From: Hydrolagus affinis | Lineage: Eukaryota | Direction: 5' to 3' | NCBI GenBank assembly: GCA_012026655.1 | Contig: JAAILG010000200.1 | Coordinates: 1-64,000 of the forward strand | Length of the DNA: 64,000 nucleotides | In this document: positions 12,541 to 25,734 of the stretch, in pieces | How the letters are laid out: each line of letters starts with the position of its first letter | How positions within the stretch are numbered: the stretch's first letter is position 1 | The notes under the pieces: model-generated | What the model saw: the letters and a program-made list of their open reading frames with translations, nothing else | Told to the model about the DNA's origin: nothing | The model's database searches: none | Position numbers and translations under genes: made by a program

Positions 12541-14349
12541 GGAAAAAAACAGCAAAACGTTTTTTTTAAAAGTATTGCAGGAAAAAGATATGTGTAAGTG
12601 CTCTGCTGAGATGCTGAACTTACAAACCTCAATTCCTATAATTGACAGCTGAGTCTTTTCATTCTTTGCCCAAATAGACCCTCAAAGTGTTTTAAATTAG
12701 GAGCATACCATAATGCTCCACACCACTACTGAATGGTGTTACAATAAAACACAGGCAATTGCTGGTGCATAAGGAATAAAATTGTAGTACTAAAAAAAAT
12801 GGCGAGTTGAACCTTGCACTTCATCTGTATAATCGGTCACTTTCCCATTCATTCCAAACCTGTGGGGATCCACAGAGAAATACTGAAAATAAACATCATT
12901 CTGTTCGGTGTGAAGTACATTAGGAACTGCTCAATAGGGTGCTGCATTCTAAGAAGCTGTCTGAATTTTAAAGTGGCATGACTTGTGACTTATCTGTTCA
13001 TGGCTGGAACATAATTTTCAGCAGCTTCTATTCTGGAAGAAGGTCTTTGAGCTAATTAAAGTACTCTACTCTTGCTTTGTGCTTCAGTCACTTTGTGCTG
13101 CCTGTTATCCCAGCAAAGAAACTGCTGGAGACTGCATTATCTTTACATCAGTATATTTTTTACATGCTGATAGTTTTAGCACAAAACCCAGTGGAAGTGA
13201 AATGTGGAGCTAGGTCTTTTTCTCCATTCAACATCATAAAAGGAGAATTATTTGCAACTAGATGTGAAAATCTTATAATAATCTCATCAATAAGGCAACT
13301 TTGATTCTCATGATCAATATCAGATTTCATTTGCAGAAATCAATTGTATTCTAACCGTATCTCCTGAATGGTGTAGCTAATTCAGCTAGCATAAATAAAC
13401 TGGAAGCGTTTTTTTATTTCATCATGAACCTGCTTTCTTTTGAGAAAAATCAAGCTGAATTTGTGGAGGTGGTTCACTGTTGTCTTAGAGACGTTTATTC
13501 CCTTATTCAAAGCTCAAATGAGACCTCACTTGCTGTGCGCGTGTGTGTGTGTGTGTGAATGTCTGTGTGTTTGTGCAGGAGAATAGACAAGAAAATTCTT
13601 AAACAAAGTTTGTAGCTTGATTTTGATCAGCCCTAAAGTTTGATCAACCTGCTTTAGTAAGAGAGTAAATTATTGAAGGCTGTATAATGCATCATAAATA
13701 TTGCAGGTGTACAGTTGATCTAATTTGTTTTCATTCCGTTACCAGAATTCCTGTGGTAGTAAAGTGTGGCATTGCAAAATTAATGATGTACTGCTTCTAT
13801 TTAGCTATGAGCCAGGGTTCACTTCAAAATGTTAAGTAACTTATTTGAACCTATCTGAATATATTTGCAGTTTTTAAGCGATTCTTTATTGGCTTGAACA
13901 ATAACTTGAATTATTTTAAAATGTCATTACACAAATATCACCATTATCAGACTCAAATACTGTTAACAATCTAAAGTTCATGACTCACAAATCAATACTG
14001 TAACTTATTCTCTATTCGAATAATTTCCTGGAAACAACTCTCTGTGCATCAATGTGGAAAATATTCAATTCACATTTACAGAGAAAACAGAGTAAACATC
14101 GTTCTATTCTCAAGTCATGAATAAGAAAACAGTTAGCAGTTTCTTATTCTGTCAGATTTCGAGCGAGGAAATAGAAATCTATTCCCAGCTCATGAATAAA
14201 TAAACCATTTATTTGGAACTGGGCAAATAATGAACTGATTACCATTTCTTTATTCAAAAATCACAAATTCTTCCTTTGAAGGAATACATTACTGTTTGAT
14301 TCTGATCACTGCATTCCTTCCAAAAGCACCTCATCAATGAATCTGCATA

Positions 14350-14626
14350 AAATTACAAAAGATGGGGAGTAAAAGATTTTTGTTCTAACAATACAATGGT
14401 TTGTGAGGGTGAGGAAGGGCTTGGAAAACATATGAGTATAATAACTGATTGTGGATAGAAGCCTCTGTTTGAGAAAAGGTTTTATTCCCATCGGGTATGG
14501 GTAAATAGCAAAAGAGATTGTTGAGAAAGGGAGATGTGGGTTGGGGTAGGAGGTTGCTCTGCTAAAGATTATTGCATACAATAGAATGGACCAGCATGTC
14601 CTTCAACCACTGTCACATTTCTTTAT
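14350..14626 (+). mobile_element. Possible very degenerate CR1-type LINE 3' end
   Basis: Purine-rich stretch ending ttgctctgctaaaga...gaatggaccagcatgtccttc...ctgtcacatttct, loosely like CR1 3'UTRs. Recognised from memory only. Confidence 0.3.
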
Positions 14627-14630
14627 TTAA

Positions 14631-14946
14631 GGTGACAAGTGGGGTAAAAAATAAAAAAATAAAAAATATTTTTTTCATGTCAAAGTGTACTTTGAACTAT
14701 ATACTTTCAGAAATAAACTGTTTTGATTGGTGAAATAAACTTATTTCCAAAGAAATATAGGGTAAAGAATAAGAATTCAACAATAAAATAAACCGGAAAT
14801 TGTTATTTCATATGTCACATTCCCTATATTTCTTTGAAAATAAGTTTATTTCACCAATCAGAACAGTTTATTTCTGAAAGTATATAGTTCAAAGTACACT
14901 TTGACATGAAAAAAAATATTTTTTATTTTTTACCCCACTTGCCACA
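14631..14946. mobile_element. MITE / non-autonomous DNA transposon with long TIRs and TTAA target-site duplication (Kolobok-like termini)
   Basis: Arms 14631..14762 and 14822..14946 are inverted repeats with ~4 substitutions plus A-tract indels and a 59-bp spacer. TTAA flanks both ends (14627..14630, 14947..14950). Confidence 0.9.
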
Positions 14947-14954
14947 TTAAAGGT

Positions 14955-15100
14955 GAACCTTTTATATTGGGAGAACATCTTAAAGTGCTTCACCCAGCTG
15001 AATGGGTTCTAAAACTGGGTGGAGGGAAGGGAAGATGGGAAAGGTGGATGAAAGCATGGTCAAAAAGAGAGATCTTAAGGCAGGTTTTGAAGGCAGAATC
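14955..15100 (-). mobile_element. Degenerate L2 3' end
   Basis: cctttt...ttgggagaacatcttaaagtgcttcac and aaagcatggtcaaaaagagagatcttaagg...ttgaagg resemble the reverse complement of the L2 ORF2 end and tail. Confidence 0.5.
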
Positions 15101-15369
15101 AGAAGTTCAAGTTCCAGATAACTAATAGTAATAATTTATCCTCACTGAAGCTGAAATGAGATTCATTAGTGATGCATATTCAATTTTTCTTAATGGTTGA
15201 ATTGCCTAAATGCACTGAATATATTTTCGATAGTTTTTTTAATCAAACAATCTAACTTGCTTTCTCAGAAATAATTGTGATTTCAGAAGTGGTGGATTGA
15301 GACAATATAAACAGGCCTTGGAATCTTTAGCTTTGTGAACTTCCCTTCGGTCGCTCGGGTCCTGGCTGT

Positions 15370-15438
15370 TCAGCATTCTGTGAAGTCCTCCCGATGTGAA
15401 AGGCACTCTATAAATGTAATTTTGTTGTTACTGTTGTT
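15370..15438 (+). mobile_element. L2 3' tail fragment
   Basis: cctcccgatgtgaaaggcactctataaatgtaattttgttgtt matches the 63080..63135 tail. Confidence 0.75.
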
Positions 15439-16369
15439 CCCCTTAATGCAACAATGTGCAATGAAACTAGTCATATCTGACAGAAGCTAAAAAATGCAAT
15501 TTAAGAATACATATTTTAATAATCTCTACAATTTAATTAATCCTGATTGAAAACATCTGGGAGTACAGGTCAGAATCAGTGCAGTCCGAGTTTGACCAGG
15601 AAAGCTCAAATTAGATAATCATATAGCAAGGAACTGTAGTTCAGGTCATGCAATTGATAGCAGAAGTTAGCGCCTCCCAAATCCTCTAGGTGGTGTCAAA
15701 ACACTATCTTGGTGCAGAATTATCAATTTGCATATTTTGCTGGGAATGCGACATTCATAGTCGAGAATTAATATCCAATCCCATTGTGTTATGAGATCCA
15801 TACAGCACATGTTCCAAATAGAGTTGTATACTTTAGATTGAAGAGTAAATGGCAGCATAAAATGAGTATACCAAAATTGCATTTTACCATCGCAAAGACA
15901 TAATCCTGTCACTTGAATGTAGTCATGTTGTACAGGTAAACAGGGTCTCCTTGGTGACATGTTTAGCAATTGAATGTCAGAATCAAGCTAGCCTTCTGTG
16001 GTGTTTTGGGTAGTCCTGAGCCAGGCAGTTCCACAATACTCCAGGGCACTGCTGTTGATAGCACTGGCTCATAAACAGAACTTGGAAGGGCAGAGGTGTC
16101 ACTGGGGCCAGGGAATCATCTATCACACTGTTGAATTCCATTTCCTATGTGAGGAATGCCTGATTATTTTCAGATCAGGATTTCCAGCCACTAGATTCAT
16201 TCAGGATTGAAGTTATCACTTGGCTTGGGGTAGAGGAGAGGCATTACATTTGTGTCTGAGTGTTTGTTCTGAACTAGTGGTATCGTCTATAGTACAGTAT
16301 AACGGATCAGGGTACGCCTCAGTATCATGTGCAGTATTTAGTATATCAGATCGATTTCAAGATCCCTTC

Positions 16370-16590
16370 ATGCCCTGTCATCTACCTACCTTTCCCACCT
16401 TCTTACCCCCCATTCCCGCTCGCCCAGTTCCAGCCTCCTATTTCTCCCTTGTCCTCTCTCTGCTCCACCATCGGTGGCTGTGCCTTCAGCCACTACACCC
16501 TGAAATTCTGGAAATCTCTCCCTCAATCCTTCTGCCTTGCCCCCTCCCCACATTCAAATCCCAACTAAACACCTTTGTTTTAGCTTATAG
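16370..16590 (+). mobile_element. L2 LINE ORF2 C-terminal fragment
   Basis: Translations STIGGCAFSHYTLKFWKSLP and FKSQLNTF resemble the L2 C-terminus (GxRAFSxxAPxLWNSLP...FKxxLKTxLF); similar to ~62850..62975. Confidence 0.75.
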
Positions 16591-19500
16591 ACACCTCCCA
16601 CCTCAAGAACAACGACTTGCATTTATTTAACCCCCTCCATGTCGGACGGCGACTCAGAATGCTTCGCAATGGCAAAGCCTGAAGCCGAGCCAGAGAGAGG
16701 TGGAAGTTGACTGTAAGCATTCTCCCTCTCTACTTGGCTCATTGTCGGACCCCACCGCTGTCAAGTGCTCCACGACGCTAGTCCGCAAGATGGACGCTAT
16801 ATTACTGCAAGTTGCTGTAAATAAATGAATGCAAACTATCCTGCTTTCCTTGTCTTTATTGTTGGCTGTATAATTGGACATTATGCTTGTAAGCTAAATA
16901 TAGACCTGCTATTTTTAAGACAATTGGGACCAATTGTCCTGTGGGTAACAGGAGGGCATACTGCCAGTAGCAAATAATTCTAGTTTCCACAGCTGCCATC
17001 TGTTAACGACTATTAAAAAATGTGTTTGGTTACAAAGGTATTTGGATATTTTTATACCAGACATGTGTAAAACCACGTAAAGCAGGGATGCAGAGAGAGA
17101 GAGAAAGATGTTTTGTCCAGAAGGGAATTATGAAAAGTCAAATGTAGTGAATTCCCAGAGCAGGCATCTTATCTATAACCACTAAGGAAACAAGTAACAA
17201 GTCTCATCAGTTTAAGACCAAGAATATTTTTGAATGATGGAGCGGCTGCTTCTTTTAACCTCACTAACACATTGGCAGGTTTTCATGGCGATGATTGGAA
17301 GCCTTCAGTAATGTCTGTCAATTTGCCACTGATTAAGATAATCTAGCCATACAATTCCTGGGTGGATGCCAGGGGAATCCATAGTAAAAAAAAATGACAT
17401 CTTCTCCAACACTATTTCTTCACCCCTTCCATTGTATTAATAGAAAATGGAGGAATCCACTCAAATGCAAGATTTTTTTCATTTTTAGAACCAAAAAGCT
17501 TTTAGCGTAACAAGTTCCTACATGTTGGAAAATGTCCTACTCATGTCCAACTCAATAGTCACTGAAGAACCATCCCAAAGGATGTCATTGAAAGTCTGAA
17601 CGTGAACAATGAATACCAAAAAGTGCACACAATATACAGACAGTAACAGTTTTTATTAAACTGAATTGTCATTATTCTTTCACCCACTCTTGTTTTCCTT
17701 ATTGAAAAGGTGGAAGATGTTCTTCAGATACTTTTATTGATCCAATGTTTACCAACTATGTGTAAATGATACATTACTGGCTTGTTGTTGGGAGTGAAAG
17801 ATTTCAAAATACTGTACCTTGCAATACAAACTATAAAATTACAACCTGTCATCTGCTTTTGGCAGATTAAACTCTGCAAAGCAGGTTTCAATAGAGAGGG
17901 AAAATTCCAAACAGTCAAAACCTAAGGAGAAAAGCACTCATCTAAATCATGACAAAACAATAATTTGGATCTCAAGCTCAGAATTTTAGTAGACAAAATT
18001 AACAAGGCTATTAAAGTTTTGCATGCTGCAGTGCAAGTATTTGATGCAAATATAAAATGCACTCATCAGAGAGGTCAATCTTATTATGCAAATTCACAAG
18101 CATTCCAGAAATCAATAGTTTCACTTTTTAAAGAAATACTAAACATTATATATTCCAAAATATGTGAATTTATGTAGCACAGTATTTATTCAAATGATGA
18201 TTAATATCTGCCAATGAAAGTCAACTTAAATAGTTTAATATAAAGTGCTAATTGTGACATTAATACCCTCTGAAGTGTTAATACAGCATACACCAGAAGG
18301 ACTTATGTTTCTGTGAGAAAGGAGCATGATTATTGTGAAATATCTGGATTAAAGGAAGACACTTGAAATGGTAAATGTGGGGATATCCATGTTGCCCTTT
18401 AATTTATTGATACTTTTCTCCCCATTTTTCCCCTAAGGATATTTATCATATTTCCACATCCCCTCCATTGTATTAATAGAAAATGTAGGAAACCACTCAG
18501 ATCCAAGATGTGCATGTTTATGTTTGTTTTTACTGACGCTTAAATTCTCCAATTGCATGGCCAGGTAACATATGTTCACATCATTACTGTTCCTAATAAT
18601 ACATTCTTCTTGACCATTAGGAGGCATATTTCTCCAAGGTGCAATATTCAACTAGTATAAAGCACTGCAGACAGTGGCCCAGCCATACAATGAGGAGAGC
18701 TCATCATAGATGCAGATGGCAGATATGAGTAACAAACAGTCTTAAGACTATGCTCTACTGGATTGTAAACACTGGCCTAACTGAATAAAGCACTTAAAAT
18801 TTATGTTAGGTTGTGGTGAAATCTTTAATATTCTCTGCAACAAAGTTGCGCAATGAGAGTAAATGATGGCTAGGATCTATTGATTTGAAATTGCACTGCT
18901 CTGCTAGCAGGTGAATGAAAATAAATAGGTACAGTGTACCTGAGACAAAGGGAACAAGTGTTATATGTAGTCTTCTATGATTTTAAATCACATTATTGCA
19001 TTTTCACTCAACCACCAGCTAACCAGACTAACAGAGGAAAATATGATCCGGCTACATGGATTTTTCAGCTAAGTGTTTATGCATTTAAAATAAATAAAAT
19101 GAAATACTTGTCTTCCAAACCTGTGGTACAATGAATATTGTTCTCATGCAACAGTACATAGCATTTTTTCCATTCAGTTCATTTCTTTCTCCTAGTTTCT
19201 CAAGTAAGATGAAAATACCCTTGATATTCCCATCTATTTTCGTGAAACTAGACTATTTCTTCTCCATTATGATCATGTTTTGGCTAGTTCATTAACACGC
19301 TGTACTAGTAGGTTAAGACATCTACCAACTGTACTTAGAGGTTTATAACAAGGAACTCAGACTGGGAAATTTTTGATAATTCTCAGTTTGGCATTCTTTA
19401 CAAGCTGTTATGGTACATCAGGATAGGTAGCACTTTTACTCTGTAAAATATTTCTCAGGTTGGAAAAAGTAGTGTAATGATGTAGCTGATGATTTATAAA

Positions 19501-20081
19501 GCTTTCATCCAAAATATACACCAAGTGCTGCACAGGTGGGTGGTTTAAAATAAAGCAAACTGGGAGGGTTGGCAGTGCAACACATGACATGAGTTGTTAT
19601 TTAGGGGATGAAGCTTAGCATCTGACAGGAGCTGTCAGGAGAATGCAGTGTAACGTGAGATGTCATTTAGGAAACACAGTGTGGGATAGGATGTGAGTCA
19701 GTGGACAATAGGGAGAATGAAAGGATGAAGAGGAAATTGCTATAGTCTTGTTCAACTAGGATTTAACTATTCTTTTGTAGGTTTTGCTGGGGATTAACTA
19801 ATCTTTTCTTTGTTTGAGATGTAGATTAAATGATTAATAGGATTTTTGCAGTTTATGAAATTGTGCAGTTAGTGAGAAGGTTTAAAGGTGAGAGATAAAA
19901 ATCATCCATCACCTGAGTGATTTTAACTTCGATGGATATAAAACTACAATATGTTCTGGATTTAGCCTAGATTTTGTGTTACTTCGGGACCACATTTATG
20001 AAACTGGGAATTTCTAAATGTGATGATGCCAACAGTTAATATTGGAGTTAACAGTTAACAGCGTGGAAGTTAATAACTTAG

Positions 20082-20131
20082 ACATGTGGAGTAAGGAAAC
20101 TTGCCCAATGTTTCACCCTGGAATTGAACTC
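20082..20131 (-). mobile_element. SINE 5' (tRNA-head/B-box) fragment
   Basis: gtggagtaaggaaacttgcccaatgtttcaccctggaattgaactcag is the reverse complement of ~22262..22316. Confidence 0.8.
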
Positions 20132-20662
20132 AGCTATCAAACAGTTTCTGGTATACTTACATCATTTGTTTTTCTTAGCTTATTTGCAATTTGCATTTGC
20201 ACTTACCATTAAAATTAGAATGATGTGTTCAGCAACCTCATATGATTTGATCCAGCAACACTGCTGTCCAAACTTCTAAAAGTGATGATGCCAAGGTTTT
20301 CTCGGAAAATGGAATGTGCCATTTTGTTGGTACATGGTCTCTTTTGGAATTTCACTTATTTTATCTTAGTATCTAGTAGCAGCATGATTTTCGTTGTCTT
20401 GTAGCTTTTTTTCCCCCCTCTAGTTCTTTTTGAAGGGTCAATGTTCTTATGTCAATTAACGCAACATTAGCACAGCGTAACTTTATTTGAGAGCTTGTTC
20501 CACACAAACACCACTAGGTCAATCTCTCATCTTTCTTGAGGCTTGTTATTGTTATATTCAAGGACTCTAGCCCTGCATTATTGGTCCAATTCATGTAGTC
20601 TGCGATCATTCTACATTATCCATTGGTTTGAACATCTTAAAAATCAGAATCAAGAGGAGACA

Positions 20663-20756
20663 TAATAATCCTTGCATTTGATATAGTGCTTTATCAAATC
20701 TTTGTGATGTCTCACAGAATATACTGTAAAGTTAATTAACTGTATATTGTGTGGGG
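20663..20756 (-). mobile_element. SINE 3' fragment
   Basis: taataatccttgcatttgatatagtgctttatc...cacagaatatactgtaaag. Confidence 0.8.
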
Positions 20757-22212
20757 ATGTGATAGACTTAGGGTTCAGAACACTCGACAAATTGCAACAA
20801 TTGAGAATTCAGTCGTCAAACACAAATGTAGCTGGTCACTACACTATCACTATATTTCATGCTTTGATGTGGATTCGCAGAAATACACCATCTTGATTTG
20901 GGGGAGGTGGGTGGGGGGTGGGGGGGGCGTTGTTTCAAATACAGAGGAAAATAGAAATACTTGGAACACACAACCAAAGGTAAACACAGTTACAGACTGG
21001 CACACTGCTCAACTCAAGTAGTGATTGTTTTGCTTGTGTTTCTGTTTCACTGTGGGTTTCATTTGTCAGACGTGAATTTGGGACTTTATTATTTTGATTA
21101 TTGTCACTGAGAGTCTGTCTCCCCTCCCATCCCCCCAAATGACTACAGTACCTGTTTTCCCATTCTTCTGTGTTTCCGTTGGTGTTTCGCCATCCACAGC
21201 GATACATTTGCCAGTTGGATGCATGGACCTGAGACACAAATTGCACAGTGAAAAGAGCCTCGGCGATCACCCGTGCCAAGTATAAACCACTGAGATTTTC
21301 AGATGCGTTTGGGTGTCTGGCGCCGCGATGACTTCTCTTTTAAATCTGTAACCAAGCGATAAAACTTGAAATTCCCTTTTTATATGCACACACTTGCACA
21401 CACACTTGTACACGTGAAATCAGCGCTCGTTCATATCAGGCAGGATCCTGTAATAATTACTTTCTTCCTAAATTACACAATACTGGGGAGGAAAGAGGAA
21501 ATGCGAGAGGTATTTTTTTGTGTGTGTGTTTGCTGTCCGGCTCCTTTAGGTTGGAGCCAGGATTTATTTGTTCCTGGGGGGGGGGGGTGGGATGGACCCG
21601 ATCAGATTTCCTACCCTCGAGGGAAAAGATTCCCACTCGCTGCTTTACTGGGAACTTTGAGACGAGAGGAACGGGACTGTGGGCTAAACACGGACAAATT
21701 TTAAAAAAATGCGGACAGATTATTCACGGGGATTATACACACGAGGAAGATTGGGAAAAGGAAAGAGGGGGGAGGGGGAGTGAGGGGGGAGGGGAGGGGG
21801 GGGGAGTAATCTCCATCCATCAGCAAAACTAAAGGGGGATATATTATTAAGTTGTTCATCAATGAACGAATAGGTGAACAGGTAAGGAGAGGAACGCAGG
21901 AATATTTCACTAAGTAGGCGCACGATCTCTGTGACAATCTGCCACTGTCAGAGTCAGTATTTTTGTTGTCGTGCGTTGCCATGAGATGGTAGTAATAATA
22001 ATAATAATAATAATCGTTGCGTTTGGTAAAGTTGGCGTTTGTTTGTTTTTTATCAGATTCCAATCAACTCAATCTTCCCACATCATAGATATCTGAGCGA
22101 ACTCCCGGGCGCGGGTGGGGGGGGGGGGGGGGACACACACACACACGCTGTCACACTCCTTCTGAAGTGACTCCATCACTCTGTGCCAAATCAAATCAAA
22201 TCCCATCGACGT

Positions 22213-22558
22213 GGAGTCCGGTAGCTCAGTGGCTAGAGCGCTCGCCTTGTAAGCGAGAGACCTGGGTTCAATTCCAGGCAGGGTTGAAAGCTTGGGCAAA
22301 GTTTCCTTGCTCCACACACCTGTCAATAATCCTGTGGTGGTGGGGGGGGGTGGGGAGGACAATAATACTGTAAATTGGTGGTTTCAATCCACCACTGTTT
22401 GTGGGACTCTGCTGTGCGCAATCGGCTGCCGCATTTCGCCCACAAATATACAGTCAATTCACATTATAGCATATTCCGTGAAGCGCTTTGAGACGTCTAC
22501 AAGACGTGATAAGCGCTACATCGGATGCAAAGGATTATTATTATTATTATTATTATTA
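22213..22558 (+). mobile_element. tRNA-derived SINE with Pol III A/B boxes, partial Deu domain and L2-like (ATT)n tail; best-preserved copy
   Basis: A box tagctcagtgg 22222..22232; B box gttcaattcc 22266..22275; core tgtttgtgggactctgctgtgcgcaatcggctgccgc; tail gtgataagcgctacatcggatgcaaagg(att)8. Confidence 0.92.
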
Positions 22559-24130
22559 AACCCAGTCCCTTGCCTACAGTACTGAGCAGAGAAACTCGGC
22601 CACAAGGGGCGCGTTGGCAATGTGCGGCTCAGACACTCAAAGCCATGATGTCGCCGCTTGGTGTCAGTGGAGAGGCGCTCAGCGCGACAAGACATTCCCA
22701 ACACACACACAAACACACACACACACACACACAGTGGGTCTGATGAGGACCACACGCGTTGTGCTTGCTGATGATTTAGCACAATTGTAAAAATCCGCAC
22801 AACAGTTCGAAATTAGCGTCTGCCTCCATTGGCAAACCATCGGGGGGGTGGGATTTTGTTTTCAAAAGGCACTTTTTTTTTCCCCACCCGGCGGTTTTGA
22901 AATGATTTGAAGTCTGTAGAACATTTGGGATTCTGGTTGTTTAGTAACAGGGAGAGAGGGTGGGCCTCGTACACCCTGTGTGTCAGGCCATCGGCTCAGG
23001 TTGAAGGTGGGAATGTGTCTGGAAGTTCAAACCAGCAGCTGCAAAACCACATTTGCACCGTTAATTTACATGGCATGTGTGGTTTATTTTAAAAAAAACA
23101 TTTTTGTATTAAAAAAGAGATTAACACATCTTTTGACCTCGCCTTACAGTCAAATTTGTTATTTCTGAAGGTTATGTTTGATTATGAAGACAGTAAAAAA
23201 TTACATATCCTGATGGTGTTATTAAAATACTCCCCCCCACTACCCCCCACCCCTGGAATTTGTCAACCATTGGAATATTTAAATTTAACATAAACAATGC
23301 CAGGGCGGATTCTGCGATGTGATACACAGCACCAGGATTTGTGGTGGCTTCAAATATTCTCGGCAGTTTGTGGGGGGGGGGGTGGGGGGGGTGACTGTTC
23401 ATTGCAGCCTCATTGCAGAATGATTTTGCCGAGGTGCTAAGTACCCCCCCCCCCCCAAACCCCTTGAGATAGAAATAGACAGGTGTTTGCACAGTGCAAA
23501 ATAAAACGGTACCTAAGAAATCAAACCTAAAACAAGACAGAGATGTGTGCAACCCTCTGGTAACCCACAGGGTAACCCTCAGCCAATGCAGAAATACTGT
23601 TTTTGTAACACTATTTCATGTGCGGATCCAACTTCAGATTGACCAGCTTTGGGGATCACTCCACAACTGCGCCGCTACTGCCCACGGCAGCGAAACTAAA
23701 TTTAACTGAATTGTCTGCAGCAAGATTAACGGGTTGAAATGTACAAAGGCAAATCATAAATTAACGAAGAATATATATATATTCCATGGGGTTATTTGGG
23801 AATGACCCGTGTTAAAATGAGACTTGTTAGAAAAAAAATACATCAATCGCTTGTGATCGGAAGGGCGAAAGTATTGTATTTGCCTTGTAATCGCCAGCGC
23901 TCCTGATAAAAACAAAGTCAACGCGTTTGTTGATGCTTCTTCGATTGCGATTTTTAAAACATGAAAATAATATAAAGCCACAAGAGATACTCATTTTCTT
24001 TCAACTCATTGGCCATCGCGCCCCCCCACCACACACACACACACAAAAAAACTATATGATCCTAAAAACTGTAGGATTCATTTGTTTTCCTATTATTAAA
24101 AAAATCACGTGTTTTCATAAATCCGATGGG

Positions 24131-24218
24131 AATATAGTAATAATCCTTGCATTTGATGTAACGCCTTATCACTTCGTCGAGACGTCTCAAAGCGCTTCGC
24201 AGGCTATATTGTAAAGTG
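24131..24218 (-). mobile_element. SINE 3' fragment (CpGs retained)
   Basis: taataatccttgcatttgatgtaacgccttatcacttcgtcgagacgtctcaaagcgcttcgcagg. Confidence 0.85.
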
Positions 24219-25734
24219 CTCATTTTTGGTTATGTGTGTGCAAGTTATTTTTTTCCACGTAGAAAAATGATGCTTCAGATTTTAATTTTTTTTATTTTTA
24301 ACATTCGTTTGCGATGCAACGAGGCGAAACTTTCGTAATTCTGCCAATTGTAAAAAAAAACTGAAAACATTTATTTTGAAAGACATGTCACTGTGGTGGT
24401 TTACACAGGGACCAAACACGGGATTAACACACTCTAAGTGGGCAGAATACAAGACGGGCGATAAGAATCAGAGGGCGTGCAATTTTCCAAGTGACACACA
24501 CAGCTCACCAATGAGAAAGTTCCGGGTGGATTAACGGGGCTTTACTCAACAGGAGAATAAACCTGGGATTTCACTTCTGGACCAGGTGGGTCGTGTTTAT
24601 AGGATTTGGGACACTGAGCCAGAAAATCAGCCTCCATTATTACACGGTTCCTGACCGCTCCTGCGTTAAGGTTTTGTTTTCATTAGTGAAGCTGATTGTG
24701 AAGTCCCGAGTGACTTACCGTCAGCCTCTGGAGTGGAAATAACAAGCATAACACACCACAATCCGCAGAGGATCCCATTTATAACACTCGCGGTGTGTTT
24801 ACAAATGGAGGAATGAAGGAGTTTGGTTCGTGGACCTTCAGCCAAAGAAAATCACAGCAACTGCCTGGTGCTGACATTTTATCATTCCAGGATCACGCCA
24901 GTGAAAATCAGCTTTGTTTGTTTGGCAGCACGAGTGAGGTGCGTTCAAAGCACTAAAAAAAATAGAGACGAATATATACCAAAGATTTGCTGAAAGGCAA
25001 TAATCTCATCAAGGGGTTCAGATAATGTCTGCCTCTTGCAGTTTAGAAATATGATTTGAATCCCAAACTGAGACTGTAGCATTGATATCACCCCAGTGCA
25101 CTCGGTATTGCATTGTAACTGCAGCGGCTCTGAGATCCATCTGATTCCTATTTTGATTTGATATTTTCTTCAAGGGCAGTGTCAGGGGAGAATAAATAGC
25201 TGTAGTTGATGCAATAACATCAACACTGAAGGATAGATGTTTGTAGCATAATGACAGAAAGTTTATCCAATGGTAATAGGTGGGTAGTTACCACGAAATA
25301 GTACTGTCAATATATTGTACATTTAAAACATGTAGCAGGAAAAAAGAACTGGAGTTAGTTCAGTTTGTTCACCCCTTCGATCCCGCCCTTCCCCGACTCC
25401 TCTTCGATCCTTCAGCCACAAATTTCAAGTTGTTAAAATGCCACGACTAATATATTTATATTTGGTCGTTGGAAACAATGCTTTCCGTGTCACGATAACA
25501 CATATACTGAATAGCAAAAATGAAACACATTTAGAAATTTTGTATTCTATCCTTGATAAACTATGAACTCCCGTAACCAGGTTAACCTTAAATTGGTGCT
25601 GTTACAAGTCACAGAAATGTATTTTATTGTTAATCATGGAGCCGCTGGACACATGCTGCGAGTATTATTCTTATTTGAATACATATTACAGATATTCTCT
25701 TCTGACTAACTCCAGGGACCTTGCCCAAATAACC

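Noticed and set aside
22215-22288. tRNA-Thr(TGT) gene
   Set aside because: Imperfect acceptor and T stems, no oligo-T terminator, and it continues directly into a SINE body and tail with homologous copies elsewhere.
22598-22613. CTCF-like ggccacaaggggcgcg
   Set aside because: One base short of the core spacing; weak match.
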